From the NCBI RefSeq assembly GCF_009914755.1, contig NC_060939.1: a stretch of DNA of 64,000 bases, one strand, 5' to 3'. This stretch comes from the human T2T-CHM13v2.0 reference genome, Homo sapiens. Below the pieces are notes generated by a model. It was not told the DNA's origin. It did not search any database and saw nothing but the letters and a program-made list of their open reading frames with translations. A program made the position numbers and the translations under genes. How positions within the stretch are numbered: position 1 is the first letter of the stretch; each line of letters begins with the position of its first letter. Below, piece by piece: positions 1 to 18,344 of the stretch.

Positions 1-2594
1 CATAAAACAAAAATGGGACTGACTCCTCAGTGTGGGGGGGATGTTTGCAAACTTGTTCAGGGCAGGATCTTGAGATGGTATATAATATTTCAGTGATAAC
101 CAACTTGAGCAATGGATGAGAAACAGATTGGCTTGCCCCATCTCTGGAATTAGAGGGGCACAGGACTGCAACTAGTTGTCAGATGCCCACATTAAGCTAA
201 GGACACTCAAGTGACAATCTAGCAGGCTTGCTCCTAGCCCAGTGCTCTTCTCCTGCCCCATGCTAACCGTTTTGGTTCACGTTCTAATTCAATTTGAGTG
301 TCTGAGCTTCATATCTGACTACTTGTTTCAGCCACAAGATAGGTTCAATAACCTGCTTAAACTACTTCACATTTATATTTGCACTTACTACTATTTGTTA
401 CTCAGGAACAAATTCAGTACCATTTCCCCCAGAAAATTAATTAATTAAATAAAATCTGAATCAAGTTTTTGTTTCTCGAAGAAAACCAGTCCTATCTTTA
501 AATATGAAGGTTTAAAGAAACTCAAGATGTAGTCTCCCTTGAAAAAGCCTTAATTTCATGAGCTCCAAAGTGCAGAAAGTCAAAGGGTATGTGTCGATAA
601 TAAGAGGAAAGATGAGCTATAGATGACTTTAAGAAATCACACATGTGATGCACACTTCATTGCAAATGCATGCACACAAAGATCAACGGAAGCGACACAA
701 ATGGGGCATATGGATTTGTATACCAGTAGGATTGTGGAGGCTTTTGTGTGTGTGTGTGCGCATATATGTACACACGAATAAGTATAACATAAATAATTAA
801 AAACGTGAATGTAGTTTGCACTATGAGCACGAGCACCTAGAATAAAACACAATGTTGATAATTGCTTTTAAATAAAGTCATCAAGATTGCCTCCGTATGA
901 TTTTTACCTTTTTCAGCCCAGAAAGATATCTTTCCAATTCATAAACACAGTGTCCTTGGCTGGAAACTTCCAATTCTCCTAAAGAAATACCTAAGAATAT
1001 GCAAGGAGATTCTTATTATTTAAATGAAAGACAAGAGGCAAGTAGGAAAAACAATTTCAAAGGGAATTAGAATCAGTAAAATCTCAGAGAAAATTGTTAT
1101 CCAGACTTCAGGGTAACGTATTCTAAAACCCTGAGGTAAGTTTCCAAAGACGCCTGCAACCATGCTGAGCAACTCTGTGGAGTCTGAAGGTGACTGAATC
1201 TAACCTGAAGGCCTTTTCTCAAAACTTTGGATGTAATCAATGGCCCTATTTTGCAGAAAAGTTGCAATTTCAGCTTTGAGGTTCTATGTGGCTGTTGTGC
1301 CACAATGTGGAATTATAGAGTGAGTCTGGCTCATTCTGGAGCCAACCACTCCTTAAAGAGATGACAAACCAGTGCTTAGAAAACAGCTACATCTTTTGTC
1401 CCAGTTGGGAGAAACAGGAGCTGTGGCTGCCTCTCTTGTAAGGACCATAGGAAAGACCTGCACAAAAGACAAACACCTTGTCCTTCAGAATCCATCTGTC
1501 CGGCCTAGACGCAGTCATGACCTTGTTGCAATGGGATCTTGAATCCCTAGAGGATTGCAGAGCCCAGAGCAGGGCTCAATGACTTAGGACACACTAATTC
1601 CTTTTAAACCATTTCACTTTGTGCAGCATTAAGATATGCTGTGAAACTGTCATCAGCAGAGTGTTTTTCATGCCTTAATTTGCAGTTCCCTCAGGGGAAA
1701 CCCAATACAATGACAATCTCTGTCACTCTAAGCAGAAAGCCTGGCTCAGCATCATGGTCAGAGAAGGCCCAAACTCCCTCTCCTAGGGTCAGATCTCAGC
1801 CACGGCTCCTCTGCTCCTGGAGGCTAAAAGTTTATGGACAGAGAAAGCAGAGTCAGTGGGGAGAGGAGGGTTGCTGAGGGTGGGCCACCACGGGTTCCAG
1901 ATGGGATTTGTGGAGACACATCACATGCATCTCAATGAGCTTTGCAGTAAAATTCACTGCACAGAGGTTAATCTAGATGTCAACATCGTCTGACAGCACT
2001 GAAATTACTCCAGGGCAGGGCTTCTTCAGAAGTCTTAATATAACAGTCAATTCCATCCTGCCTACAGGAAATGAAAGTTTTCTGCTTTGTGTGCCGAATC
2101 ATTCGGTCCAATTTTCTCACTGTTTGAAGTCCAAACTGTTTGTGGCTCTGGGATTCACCCTGTATTAAGACTTTCGTGGAGTTTGAGAAGCTGGATTGTC
2201 AGTCCCATGGAAGCAGGAGGATAGAAGCCAAAAGAAAAAGAAAAAAGAAGAAATATGAAAAAAAATCTTCTTCACTGAGATTTACTTCTCCACTACAAAT
2301 GGCAGAAATCAAATCACCTGGACCACGTTTATTTATTCACTCCAGAGGTAGGCTCAGAGGCATCAGTTACATGCCAGGTAGCTATTAAATTGAGACAGAA
2401 CATGGACAGATCTCCAATGAGGAAAAAAAATTGAATGTGTCCTACCATTTAACATATTACAAAATTAGTTTTTAAAAATAATATGTGAAACTCCCATGTG
2501 TTCTTCTTAAATGAAAGAATAATTATCAGACTTGGACTTCAGTGTTTACACGTCTTGTTGGGTTTTAGGGATGTTGCATGTAAAAGAATGTCAG

Positions 2595-2761
2595 TAATCC
2601 CGCAGCCCTATTACTGGGTATCTGCCCAGAGGAAAAGAAGTCATTATACATAAGAGATAGAGATACTTGCACACATATGTTTATAGCAGCACAATTTGCA
2701 ATTGCAAAAAGTGGAATCAACCCAAATGCCCATCAATCAATGAGCAGATAAAGAAACTGTG

Positions 2762-2802
<41 letters not shown>

Positions 2803-3201
2803 TATATATGTATGATGGAATACTACTCATCCATAAAAAGGAATGAATTAATGGCATTCGAAGCGGCCTGGGTGAGATTGGAGACCACTATTCTAAGTGA
2901 AGCAATTCAGGAATAGAAAACCAAACATCGTACTTTCTCACTGATATGTGGGAGCTAAGCTGTGAGGATGTCAAGGTATAAGAATGACACAATGGACTCT
3001 GCGGACTCAGGGGGAAAGTGTGGGAAGGGAGTGAGGGATAAAAGACTACAAATATGGTGCATACTGCCTGGGTGATGGGTGTGCCAAAATCTCACAAATC
3101 ACCACCAAAGAACTTACTCATGTAACCAAACACTACCTGTTCCCCAATAACCTATGGAAATAAAAAATATGTATATATAAAATAAGTCTTGAAAAATAGA
3201 A
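2595..3201 (+). mobile_element. 5'-truncated LINE-1 3' end (L1PB-like) with internal (CA)n
   Basis: L1 ORF2-end and 3'UTR text (ccagaggaaaagaagtcatta, catgtaaccaaacactacctgttcccc, ggaaataaaaaat); target-site duplication taaaagaatgtcag (2581-2594) / taaaagactgtcag (3202-3215). Confidence 0.85.
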
Positions 3202-6200
3202 TAAAAGACTGTCAGAGTACACCGTAAGTATTTGAGCTCTCAATCTACCTTTGGCCTTTCAAGAAAGATGTCTAAATTTATCATTGCTAAAATGAGAAGA
3301 AACCAACTCCTTTTGTAAGATACTAAACTGAAAAGCAAGACCTGAGTGCCTCAGTGATTCTCAGAAGTAGATGTTCAACAGGCCTTTCCTCACCTCTGTT
3401 ATCTTGATACATCTTCTATTAGAAACTTCCAGCTTTGTCAGCTAGAAGTATCCCCTGCAAGCTATGAATGTGGGTCACGACACTGAACAAAAAGCAATAT
3501 TTGCCTGGGTGATTAGGAAAAATTAATACAACTTACTGCCCTGCCTCCCTATGATGAAAGAAAGATAGCCAAGCTCACTGGTTCAAGACATTATCTCCTA
3601 CTGCAAATGTCAAACTGGGTCTTGTTTTAAATTTGGAACTTAGAAGCAAACTAGAAAGAAGAGAATCTGAGTTTTATTTCTTTGATAAAGAATTCCAAGT
3701 ACTTTGAAGGAACACCCCCCACCCCAATCCAACCTCCACAGGTCTCACAGAAAAGCATCTATTCTAGTACACTGACACTTGAACCAAAGACAGTTCTTGT
3801 TGCAAACTATAGATACTTTCATAGGAAAATAAGGAAAATATGCTTGAGGAGAATGTGTCATGCAGAGCTTCTGTCAGAAGCCAAGATTCAGCTCTTCAGG
3901 GTAGGGCAGCCCATGCTCAGAGCAAAAGTTCTAATACCCAATGCAGTGACACAAACATTCACCACACCTACTATGGTCAGCAGTGCCTTTCAGAAAGAGC
4001 AATCAATGATCAAAATCTCACATTCTCTCTGTCTCACCCCTCCTAGGGGGTGGTTTTCCCTGCAGTGCTGGTGGCGTCTATACCAACCCCCAAATAAGAT
4101 GTGATAGAAATGACTCCTGTGTGGTCATCTATCAGGCAACCAGGAAGAATGATTTTCAGATGCTCAGAATGTTAGTCAGCATAATTTAGTTCAGAGAGCA
4201 CCAAATGATCCAACTTTACAAGATGACAGATTTCCCATCGTAATCTTCCTGAATGTTTCTGAGGCCAGTTCATCTCCAGATTTCTTATCCCCAAGAACGG
4301 TAAGGCTAAAAGAGAATCCCAAATTGAAATCAATTTGCTGACTTCAAACAGGCCTTCTTTGAAGCCATTCCAATCCAATATATAGAAATAAACACACAAC
4401 GTACATATATGTATACTTTCTTTAGAAGACACTCCCAGTATTATTAAGCAACACCAAAACATTTTCCCAAGCCCATATTGATGTCTTAATAATGATGCAT
4501 AAACTTGGAATTTTCCTTCAAAACCTTAAATATTTAAATCCTTAAATATTGGCCAAAACAATTTATTTGGTATGAAAAAAGAAAGTGGAGCTTCAGGAGC
4601 CAAAAACACAGTGACTTCAGCACCCAAGCCCGGAACTAAATGTGCCATTTTTTTTTCTCTCTAAGGCAAATGCCCTTGAGTCTTCTAGCAGGTTGGCTCC
4701 CTACCAAAGCAGACAATAGACATCTCAGGGGCCTTTGGGACAGCTCTCTGGACTGCTGGCAGGTGGGTTCATTCAACAAACATCCCTAGACATTTCCTTG
4801 CTCCAGATTCCGAGCAAAGCACTAAAAAGACCCTTAATCTCAAGACTGTCCATTGCAATCACTGTACTTTGGAGTCAAGGTAATACTGCTGCTGTTTGGT
4901 TTGGAAAAGGGGAACAAAGAAAGTCATTAGTCATTCCTGAATAGAAAAGGACTTTGGTGAATAGTCTGCAACTTAAGACGCTGCCCTCTTTCAAACATCC
5001 CGGCCTCTTACAATAAGCATTAAAAGATAAAAATCTTGTCGGTTTTGACCCAGAGTTGATTTCCAGTGGCCTGCATGAGAGATGGGCAGGCCTCTCTCCA
5101 TATCTTGGAATAGTTTCTGCCAAGTGTTAGCATGTTGGTTTTGAACAGGGAAGGTTGACTAGCTGAGGGGAACAGCCTGGTGAAACGCAGGCAAGTGGCT
5201 AGGCCAGTGACCTCCTGTGAAGAGCATAAAAATGAAGTCTCTGGCTTGTCTGCCTGGCTCCCTGTACAATATTCCTCAAATCTACCAGTCACCAGGCCTT
5301 CTTTCATTGTCTTCTATAATCAATCCTTTGCCATTGGTAACTTTTCTTCGTCTCCTTCCTTATCTTTCACTTCATCTCTTATTTTTAACAAGCAAGTACA
5401 TATATATCAGGTGGGACCAGAACCTAGCTTTAAAAAAATGAAAAGGACTCTAAAAATATCTATACAAACCTCTTAAATGTCTCAAATGAGAAATAAGCTG
5501 ATTTGGCCAAGGCCACGTGGATAACTAATAGCAAAATCAGAAATTTTGCTGGTCTTTTCACCCTGCCACTTTTCTACTTAACTTCCAATGCACCCTGTAC
5601 TCTCCCGGCATGGCTGACTCACTTCTACTTCTGAGTTGAGTCTCGTGCAGCCCCAGAAGCTGGCTGACAGCTCTCCCGTTGGTGTTGGTTTCTGCAGTAT
5701 TTAGCACCAAAATGACTTGCACTAGTGTATTCCGCAAAGTAGGCATCACTAGAGAAGAACATTAATGTTCAACCTGAACCCAGAAGGACCAAAGATCCTT
5801 TGCCTCAAGTGGGAAGCCTCTGTCTAGGAGTAATTTGTGCATGATCTGCTGAATGGAGGAAGCAGCACCTCCTTTTTCTTGTTTCTTGACTAGAGGAGGT
5901 TCAGTGATGCCCAAGGTCCCCTCAGAGTTCAGGGATATCATTAGAGGGCAGAGTTAGGTTCACATCCAAAGAAAGAAGAATTGGGAGGTCCCATGGCCAC
6001 AACACCCTACTCCAAGGTGGACACCCAACAGCAGGTCACTCTCACTCAGTCCAGGAGAGGATCCGGTGAGGTTGGCATGGCAGAGAGACCAGCCTGGGTG
6101 CCCTGGAGCGTTCATCAAAAGACACAAAAGAGCTCACTTCAAAGCTAAGCTCTCAGAGGCGATGTGACATGGTCTTCTAAAAGGTGGACTTTGGTATGGG

Positions 6201-7614
6201 AAAATGAGGGTGAAATGAACTGGAGTGGCCATATTGGCTAATAGGATGTCATTTCACAACACATTTCATCACATTAGGCTCTTCATAAATAAATAAATAA
6301 ATGGACCGTCGACAGTGCTTTTCTGGTATGTAGGAATGCCAGGATGGGAAGCCGACCAAATGCTCCCCTCCTGGCTTACAGTCGTCTCAGACACTTCAGA
6401 CTCCGAAATGTTGAGACAAGGGGCAAAGAAGGAGAGGAGTGTCTTATTGGAACTCAGCCTTGCCCAGGCCCAGTGAGCCTTCAGCGGCAACTGCCCCCCA
6501 CCTATGCAAGGCTGTCCTGCCATTCCAGAATGGTATTGAGAAAAATGGCACAGTGACACAACGTTGTCAGAATCTAAGAACTCAGAGCTAGAAGGGGCCA
6601 GAGATTAGCAGGTGTACCCCTTATTCTGCAGATGGGGAAATTAAGATACAGTGTACTAAGCCTTATCAGTCCTGTCCCAATATAGGAGGGACAGGTGTGT
6701 CCCAGTACATGCCACACTCCCCAGAGCCATAGTGTACCCTGCAATTTCCATGGCCCTATTTTCTGCCTCCTTTACTCTCCAAAATAAATCTTTTTTTTTT
6801 TAATCTGCCAAGGCTAATATATCAAAGTAGACTCTGTATAGACAGGACAGCCAGGGCTGAAGGATGGCAGGTCTTCCCTCGCTACCCTTCCCTGCTCTGC
6901 CCCTCTCTCTCTGGCACTCTTCCACAGCCAGCTGCTTACAATGGACACAGTAAGAACATGACCCCAAGATCAGCGTGAAAGCCCGTGGGCCTAAGGTGGC
7001 AGCAATCTGACAACTGCGGTCTCCTTCAGTGCTTCTTGTTCCCCCAAGGAATCACCTTCTTTCATTAGGCCATGATGAATCAGTGCCCTGAAGATAAAAC
7101 CATAGCATGGTCCTTATTCCCAGTTTTCCACCCATCTCCAACCCAGTTCTTCTCCTGCTTCTTCCCAGCCCATCAGTGACTATCAGTTTTGAAACACACA
7201 GCCAAGAAGACAGAAGCCACACAGTGTTTGTTCAGGAGAGGATATGGGAGAAGGGAAGCAACAGGAGCATTGGTGCTTCACTTCTAACCAGAAGATACTT
7301 TTCCCTCAGGCGCCTCCAGACCATGCCCTCCCTGAACACCTGTTCTTAGCTACCCAGATCAAAGCCAGATTGTGCAGCTTCAGCCAGAACTCACAGCCCC
7401 GGCATAACGGTCCTCTAGGTGGAAAGACAAGAGGAGTAATTGTCATAGGACAGCAAAGGAGTTCCTTGAGGTGGTCAATCCAAACAGCTTTCCTGCAAAG
7501 TCCTCAGGGGCTAGGAGCACAGCACAGTGAGAAAACCAACACCAAATTCCCATCTCACCTGCCTCCCCTCCCAGTCCAGCTAACCAGCCTCGTTGATCCC
7601 AAATCCCAACCATG

Positions 7615-7700
7615 GCTACAATCTGAGCACAGCTCTTTACTATTCAAATAAAAATATTTGTGGGTCTACAAAAAGAAGCAAAACCACAAACACATAATTC
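7615..7700 (-). terminator. Candidate alternative polyadenylation signal (variant AGTAAA at 7641-7636)
   Basis: Minus strand reads a U-rich stretch with UGUA (ttttgcttctttttgtag), then ...tttgaatAGTAAAgagc, then a GU-rich downstream element (tgtagccatggttgggatttggg). Confidence 0.45.
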
Positions 7701-9325
7701 AGTACTAAACCCCACATAGGGAGGCCCACATTTCAGCTGCCTTCAGCTAACCAGGACGTCCAGGCTGCCGGCAGTCTCTTCAGCTGGCAGGGAAAAGGGT
7801 AGGCCAGAGGCCCCCGGGAGGTGAGCTCCAGTGTGGCAAAGGTCAGTCCCTTAGGTAGCTCTGTGCTTGGGGCAAGGCAGAGGGGCCCCGTGGCCTGGGA
7901 GGAACACATCCTCTCCTCTCCAGCAGAGGAGATCTGTGGGGCCAGGCTGTTGGCTTCCATGTTTCATGTGACAGGGAGGCCCAGAGGTCGGCCCCACTGT
8001 GGTATGTGGCAGCAGCCAGGAAGGCAGTGATTCCCCAGTGCTGGGGCAGAGGGAGCAGGCCCCAGCACAGATGTTTCCTTCCCTCTCTCCGGTCAGGGCT
8101 CAGGCCTCATTAAGATTCCAAGCCTGCAGCACTGGCCGCTCATTGGACATCTCCCAGAGAAGCCTCAGCCCTTCCCCCTACCCCAGCCCACAAAAGTGAT
8201 TTCTCAGCCCCTGCGTTTTCACAACAGCTCAAAGGCAGATGCATCAATCCTCCCAGGGGCTGGAAACGTGAGGAGAATGCCAAGGGGCCTGGCACAGGTG
8301 CCAAGTAGATTCTCCCCTGCTGGCTCTCACCCACTCCACTGCTTGCTTTCCTGAAACACTCACTGCTGCAGCCTCTCACTAGACCTGGCTCCCTTCCTTG
8401 GCAGTGGGGTTTACCTGGGACTCAGTAGAGACCCAGGAAGTGGGGTCTAGGATCTAGGGAAGCAGGATGAGAAACTGAGAGGACCAGGGGGCATTCGTTA
8501 TAATGACCTACAAGCAACCAAGTCTCTTGCTATTGCAACCCTAAAGCGTGCTGTGTCTACATTCAAAGATAACATGGGGACCTGTTTCCTAACCCCCTAA
8601 GCTTCCCAGGGGCCTGAAAGTGGGAGGTGAGGCCAAGGAATCTTTGCAATGATGGAAAAGACAGGTGGCAGTGTCTTGGCAGGGTTCAGGTTTCAGCTAT
8701 TTTTTCTTCTGTGGTTCTTTTACTCCAGAAAGTCCAGTTCTTTAAGTTCTGAGAATAGAAAGACACATCCTTTGCAACTCCAGCAAGAAGCTTACACCCA
8801 GGATGGATGCGGTCAGCTCTTGTCATGGTTTTGTGTTGTGGGGTTGTCTGTTCTGTGTTTACCCGTAGGTGCCATCATTGATTCCCAAAAGCATCAAGAT
8901 TACACTTTTTAGAATGGACAAATTAGAACATTGTCCTGAAGTGGAGGAAATGGGGAAGAAGTGGAGGCAAGGACCCTGCTCAGGCATCATTTCTTTGCTG
9001 AGCACAGCCATGCAGTCCCCACATGTGCCTGTGGTGAGCTTCCGGGGTAACAGACACACACAGCAGCGACTGAGCACCACCTTAACTCCTCCCGTCCCAG
9101 AGCTCTCATCCCAAAGATTGTCTCTCTGCATGGTCCAGGTCTTCTGCTCCAAAGAGCCGTAGCATTAGAAGCATGGGCCACAGCTTAAGTCAAAGGGAAT
9201 TTTCCTTTGTATTATTAATATTTTAGAGTTTCTGAGTTGTTAAAGTCTTGTGGTTTTCTGTATCAGCAGCTTCTCTGTGTACTAGAGAAGGTAACTCTCT
9301 GTAGATATAGATTGATAGATAGTTA

Positions 9326-9326
9326 G

Positions 9327-9357
<31 letters not shown>
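9326..9357. repeat. (AT)n microsatellite in the proximal 3' UTR
   Basis: Direct reading. Confidence 0.9.
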
Positions 9358-9358
<1 letters not shown>

Positions 9359-9554
9359 TTGCCAAACTGCCTTACAGGGTTTTTTTTTCTTTCTTTTTTT
9401 TTCCTTTTTTCAGTGTTGTATGTGTAGCAGGCACTTGAGTTTATATGAAGATGTTCGCTTCAGTCAAGGATGGAAGGAGTTGTGAGGTGGAAGGGAGATG
9501 TGAGGCAGGGAGAGAGGAGGCAACAGAGTATGAATTCATGACCACCAGCCACCA

Positions 9555-9740
9555 CTAGCCAAGAATGTCCAGGTAGATTGGGGTGGCCTTCCCCAAAGCA
9601 TGGAGGATTTTGTAGATCTCCTTGATGTTCAACCGCTGCTGTGGTTCCCTCTGCCAGCACCCCAGCATGACATCGTACACCTCTTTGGGGCAGACTCGGG
9701 GCCGCTCCAAAACACGACCTTGGGTAATGCACTCAATGAC
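9555..9740 (-). CDS. NTRK3: NTRK3 last coding exon: [61 protein letters not shown]
   Basis: Acceptor ctctttcag|GTC; kinase subdomain XI ([10 protein letters not shown]); C-terminal PLC-gamma docking motif YLDIL; TAG at 9557-9555. Confidence 0.98.
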   Translation of the reverse strand, partial: VIECITQGRVLERPRVCPKEVYDVMLGCWQREPQQRLNIKEIYKILHALGKATPIYLDILG

Positions 9741-13048
<3,308 letters not shown>

Positions 13049-13893
13049 CTAAAAGGGGTTGAGATAGAGGCACACAGAGTGACCAGATGGCCAGAATGAG
13101 TGTTATCTGTCTGCACTCTTCACACATAGATGCACTCTTGATGCATCCTATTCTAAGATAGTCACAGCTTTATGCAACTTCTATCAGAGGTGTGTGAAGA
13201 TGCTGACTTTGGAGACCTACGATAAAGGAGACAGCTAGACTAGCAACTAGAGGTAACACCTGAGGGAAGGTAGGTTCCTTGGCACTCAGTGTGTAGAAAG
13301 ATCAAGGTAATCTGAAGTGAGAGAGAAGGTTTCAGAATCTAGCACTACAGAAAAATCTAACCTTAAGAGCAAGTCCAGCAAGAAGTCAGCAGAATGACTA
13401 AGCCAGTCACCAAGGATCAGTATCTGCAAACATCAGGTTAGATTCTTGGCTGCAGTGGCACAGTATATTCCATGTGCATCTGATCTGCAGAACTTTAGCT
13501 TCTAACTGACAATCTCGAATCTCTCACCACAATTTAGGACTCAGTGTTTCAAGTGAAGGAGACAGAGACATTCCAAAAGCGTGGAAGACCACGTGCTAAT
13601 AAGGTAGGAGATGGACAGAAAGAGAATTCACCACAGTTCTTAGTAAGATCTCAAAGGACAGTAGGGAGAGTCTTTAAAAATAGCCTAAGGAGGATATCAA
13701 CCACCTGTGAATCTGCCAAACTGAAAGCCAAGGGGAAAAGGAAGTGACTGACAAGGATAAACACCCAGGGTACCCTTTACTGAGAAAAACATTAGGGAAC
13801 TCCTCTTTGCCCAGCAGGCTAGAGATGTTAGCATAAGTGGGAGAAAATTCACAGCATGTGTGAAAACTCAGGAACTAACTGCATCATTAGTAA

Positions 13894-14326
<433 letters not shown>

Positions 14327-14497
14327 TAAAGTTCTTATTTCTATGGGGGGTCAGTTAGAGAAATAATAACAATGAATAATTAAGAACGAATAAGTTGGGA
14401 GATGGGCAATCTTGTTTCCAAAAAGGGAAATCATGTTTGCCTTAACCACTTGAAGAATTTTAGGAGGTAAATTATAATACAAGTTTGCAGAGCAGTT

Positions 14498-14803
<306 letters not shown>

Positions 14804-17800
14804 AGAAAAGTTATTTTCAACCTGGGACTTTCTAATCAGGATAGTTTTGTATCCAGTGTAAAGAAAACTGAAGATACTTCTTTCAGACAAGCAAAGACTC
14901 AGAAAGCTTACCACTCACATCCTTTCAGAAAATATAGGAGCCAAGCTAATTGAATACATATTCTAGAAAAACAGTAAAAATAACCCAAGCTATGCAATTA
15001 TTGGAACATAACAAAAAATGCAGAGCAAATAAGCCACAAAAATGCAATTTAAATTTGAATAATGGTTGTTAATTTGGTAGTAAAAGTAATACAATTACTA
15101 ATAAAGGCTTCCTGTAAAATAGAGACATAAAGTAAATAATAATACTAATAATGCTATTAGTACTACCACTGATACAACTAACATACTTATCTGGAATGAA
15201 ACTTTCCAATAATTTCAACCATAAATGCATAGAAGAGTAGATATAGAAATAATTAAAAGCCTGATAAAGGCTGTATGTTATAGAAAGGAAAAAAGAAGCT
15301 TACAGTGATTAATTGTTGAGATTAACACTTTAAATTTAAATATGCTTACTAAAATTTTAAAGTAGCTTCTAGAATAGAAATAGTACATATAGCTTTCAAA
15401 CCGTTTTTTAAATAAAGCCAAAATCTTTAACTAATACCAAAAAGACTACAGAAAGGCGGAGTAGGATAATGATGACTAAAAAGCACAAAATGAAAATGAA
15501 GCTTAGAAAACACCACTAGAGACAATAAGTACAAATGAGTTATATCACCTCTTAAATGAGAGAGAAATTTAGGTTAGAAAAATCAAGTTGCATGTTATTT
15601 AAAATAGACATGTCTAAAACAAAATGGCAGAAAACATTGAAAATGGAAGAGTGCTAAAAATACAACTATACATAAAAGAAAAATATAATTGGCTACATAT
15701 ATGCATATATGTGCATATACATGTATATATATATATGCATATACAGATATATATAGCCAATTACATTTCTTTTATTGTGATTTACACGTTGTCTGTTGTT
15801 TCATATATATGTGAAAAAAAGGATTCAAAATGTCAAAAACTAAAGTAAGACTAAATAATTTATATTAAATTTATATCATAATTAATATTATATTTAAAGC
15901 TGGTAAAATTCACCATTACGATGATGAAGTTTATGCTCCAATTAATATAGCAACAATATATAAAAATTTATAAAAATATATAGAAATAATACATATATAT
16001 GTATATGTGTGTGTATATATATATATAAAGAGTAAAAACAAGTTATAAATAAAAGAAAACTGACAAAGCTATCATTATAATGGAAAACTAAAATGCTTCA
16101 CAAATTGAAAGATCAAGAAGACAACATAAATGAAGATACACTTTAAAAATACAAATAATGGGTTTCAATAAGTAGATATGAGTGTTGTGATTGTGTGCAT
16201 CTTTCAGCTTCCTTAAAAAATTGCACATTATTTTCAATTACCTAAAAAAAGTATCAAAACCAATCACATATTAAATCTCAAAGGAAAACTGGAATTCCAA
16301 GATAAAAAATAAATATGAAGTAAAAATAAGAAACATTTTCTGTATCAAATATAATAAAATAAAAGTTAACAAGAAAGAATAATTTTTTAAAAGTTGTCTT
16401 TGGGCAATTAAATTATTTGGTAAAGAAAAAACTGAAAATAAAATGTAAAAGTATTTATTGTAACAATAACTAAAGTCCTATTTCTTGAAATCTATGAAAT
16501 ATAACTGAAGTAATTTTTGAAAAAAAAATTACAGCATTTAAGCATTTATTTTTAAAATAGTGAAAATATAATTAAATTAATAAGGATTCAGCAAGAAAAA
16601 AAAAAAAGGCAGTAAAGATCCACTAAACAAATGCAAGAAAAGTAAGAAGAAATAAACAATAAAATAAAATAAATACTGATTAATCAGTGTAAAACAAACA
16701 AAGCAAAACAGCCAGCCAAAAGGAAAATAAAAATCAGAATTGATCTACACAATCAATTGTTAGTTCTCTCAAAAGTTACATAAACTTTTGGCAAGATTAA
16801 TAAGGGATGTAGAGGAGACAAATGTAAAATGTTAAGACTATTACATCCATAAATTTGAAAGTATACATGCATTATTGGTTTACTAAAAATATTAATTTTT
16901 TAAAAGTTAAATAGAAAAGTTGAATACAAAAACCATAATTGTAAAAAAAATCTATACATTAAAAAATTAGAAGGTTCAGATGGTTTTCTGGTTGAGTTCT
17001 ATTAAAGTTTTCTGTCTTATTTATACTTTTTCAAAGCAAAAAAAGATAGAAACTTTCCCAAACCATTCTATGTGGTTTAAACGTCCCTGAAGACAAAATC
17101 AGTCAAATTTAACATACAGCCTTACATGTATATTTACATAATAAATATCAACATACATAGTTATCTATATGTGTGTAAAACTATGTTATGAATATACTCT
17201 CCAAATACAAATAAAATATTTATCAAATCAGCACTATATTACAAGAATTCCATATTATATATAGCTCAATAAGGTTTACCCTAGAAATGTAAGAATGTCT
17301 CAACCTTGGGGAACCTACTGTTAAATTTACTAAATTAAAAGATAAAAGAAGAAAAACCATATTTTCAAAAATGCCAAAAATTTCCAACATCTTTTTCTGA
17401 TTAAAAGTCTAATTCATAGAAGGTAACTTCCTTTATTAAATATACTAAATATCATATTTACTGACAAAACGTTAGGAAAATACAAAGTATCTTCTATCAC
17501 GAATTTTATGTGACATTTTTCAAGAGGTCCTAACCAATGCAATAAAGCAAGAATTTTTTAAATGAGGTAGAAATATTGAAAACAAAACGTCAAACTGCCT
17601 GTTGTATGGATATGATATGACTATTCAAGACAATTAACGAAAAAGCAGTTAGAACCATTATATGATTTAGCAGCCTACCCAGAAATAAGAGAAACACACA
17701 AAAATCAAACTATTCTCACATGCCGGTGGCAATGACTTCAAAATACAATGGAAAATAAGATTATTTGTACAATAACAACAGAAGTGTTTAAAACACCTCA

Positions 17801-18302
17801 GCATAAACCTTAGCAGAAAATGTCCAAGGTTATTTAAATAAATGCATTGAAAAACATAAAAGAGGATCTGAACAAATGAAAAGTTGTGTCATTTCCTTGA
17901 ATAGGAAGACTCAATGTTATACATATTTCATTTCTTCTTTAGATTAATCTGAAAAGTTAACACAATATATATGAAAACCCAAATGAAATGGTGTATGGAA
18001 ATTGACAAGATGAACCCAAAATTGATCTAAAGTAGTAATTATTTGATAAAAACTAAGATATACTTGAAATAGAACAATACGGGAGAGTTACTCTATCAGA
18101 TAGCAAAGCATTTTATCAAACTATGTAATGAACACATTGCATTTTGGCATAGGGTAGACAAATTTATTAATGGAACAAACTAGAGAGTCCAGAGGCAGAC
18201 CCATGTATAAATATTGGAATTTAATATATGAAACAATGGCTTAGTAATTAAAGTGTTGGGACAATGAACTATTCATTAAAAAAAATACGCTTAGATACCT
18301 AC

Positions 18303-18344
18303 CTCACACCATATACAAAAATCATTTCCAGATGGATTAAAGAG
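18303..18344 (-). CDS. NTRK3: NTRK3 alternative cassette exon, 14-aa kinase insert [14 protein letters not shown] (42 nt, phase 0/0)
   Basis: Reverse complement reads ttttgttttttatgtttag|CTC TTT AAT CCA TCT GGA AAT GAT TTT TGT ATA TGG TGT GAG|gtaggt. Matches the known TrkC 14-aa insert placed between DYYR and VGGHTML. Confidence 0.95.

Larger units (their letters stand above)
1..9554 (-). other. NTRK3: Probable extended 3' UTR / downstream region of full-length (kinase) NTRK3
   Basis: Follows the stop codon with no canonical minus-strand AATAAA nearby (first seen by eye at about 4562). Low in young repeats apart from one L1. Full-length TrkC is recalled to have a very long 3' UTR; the exact end cannot be set from sequence. 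Confidence 0.6.

Noticed and set aside
3682-4104. 140-aa plus-strand ORF and other ORFs in 1-9500
   Set aside because: No recognisable domain or exon structure; lengths are compatible with chance ORFs in 3' UTR sequence.
9460-9732. Overlapping 90-aa ORF, plus antisense ORFs over the kinase exons (12905-13099, 61940-62257)
   Set aside because: Shadow frames of the true NTRK3 exons.
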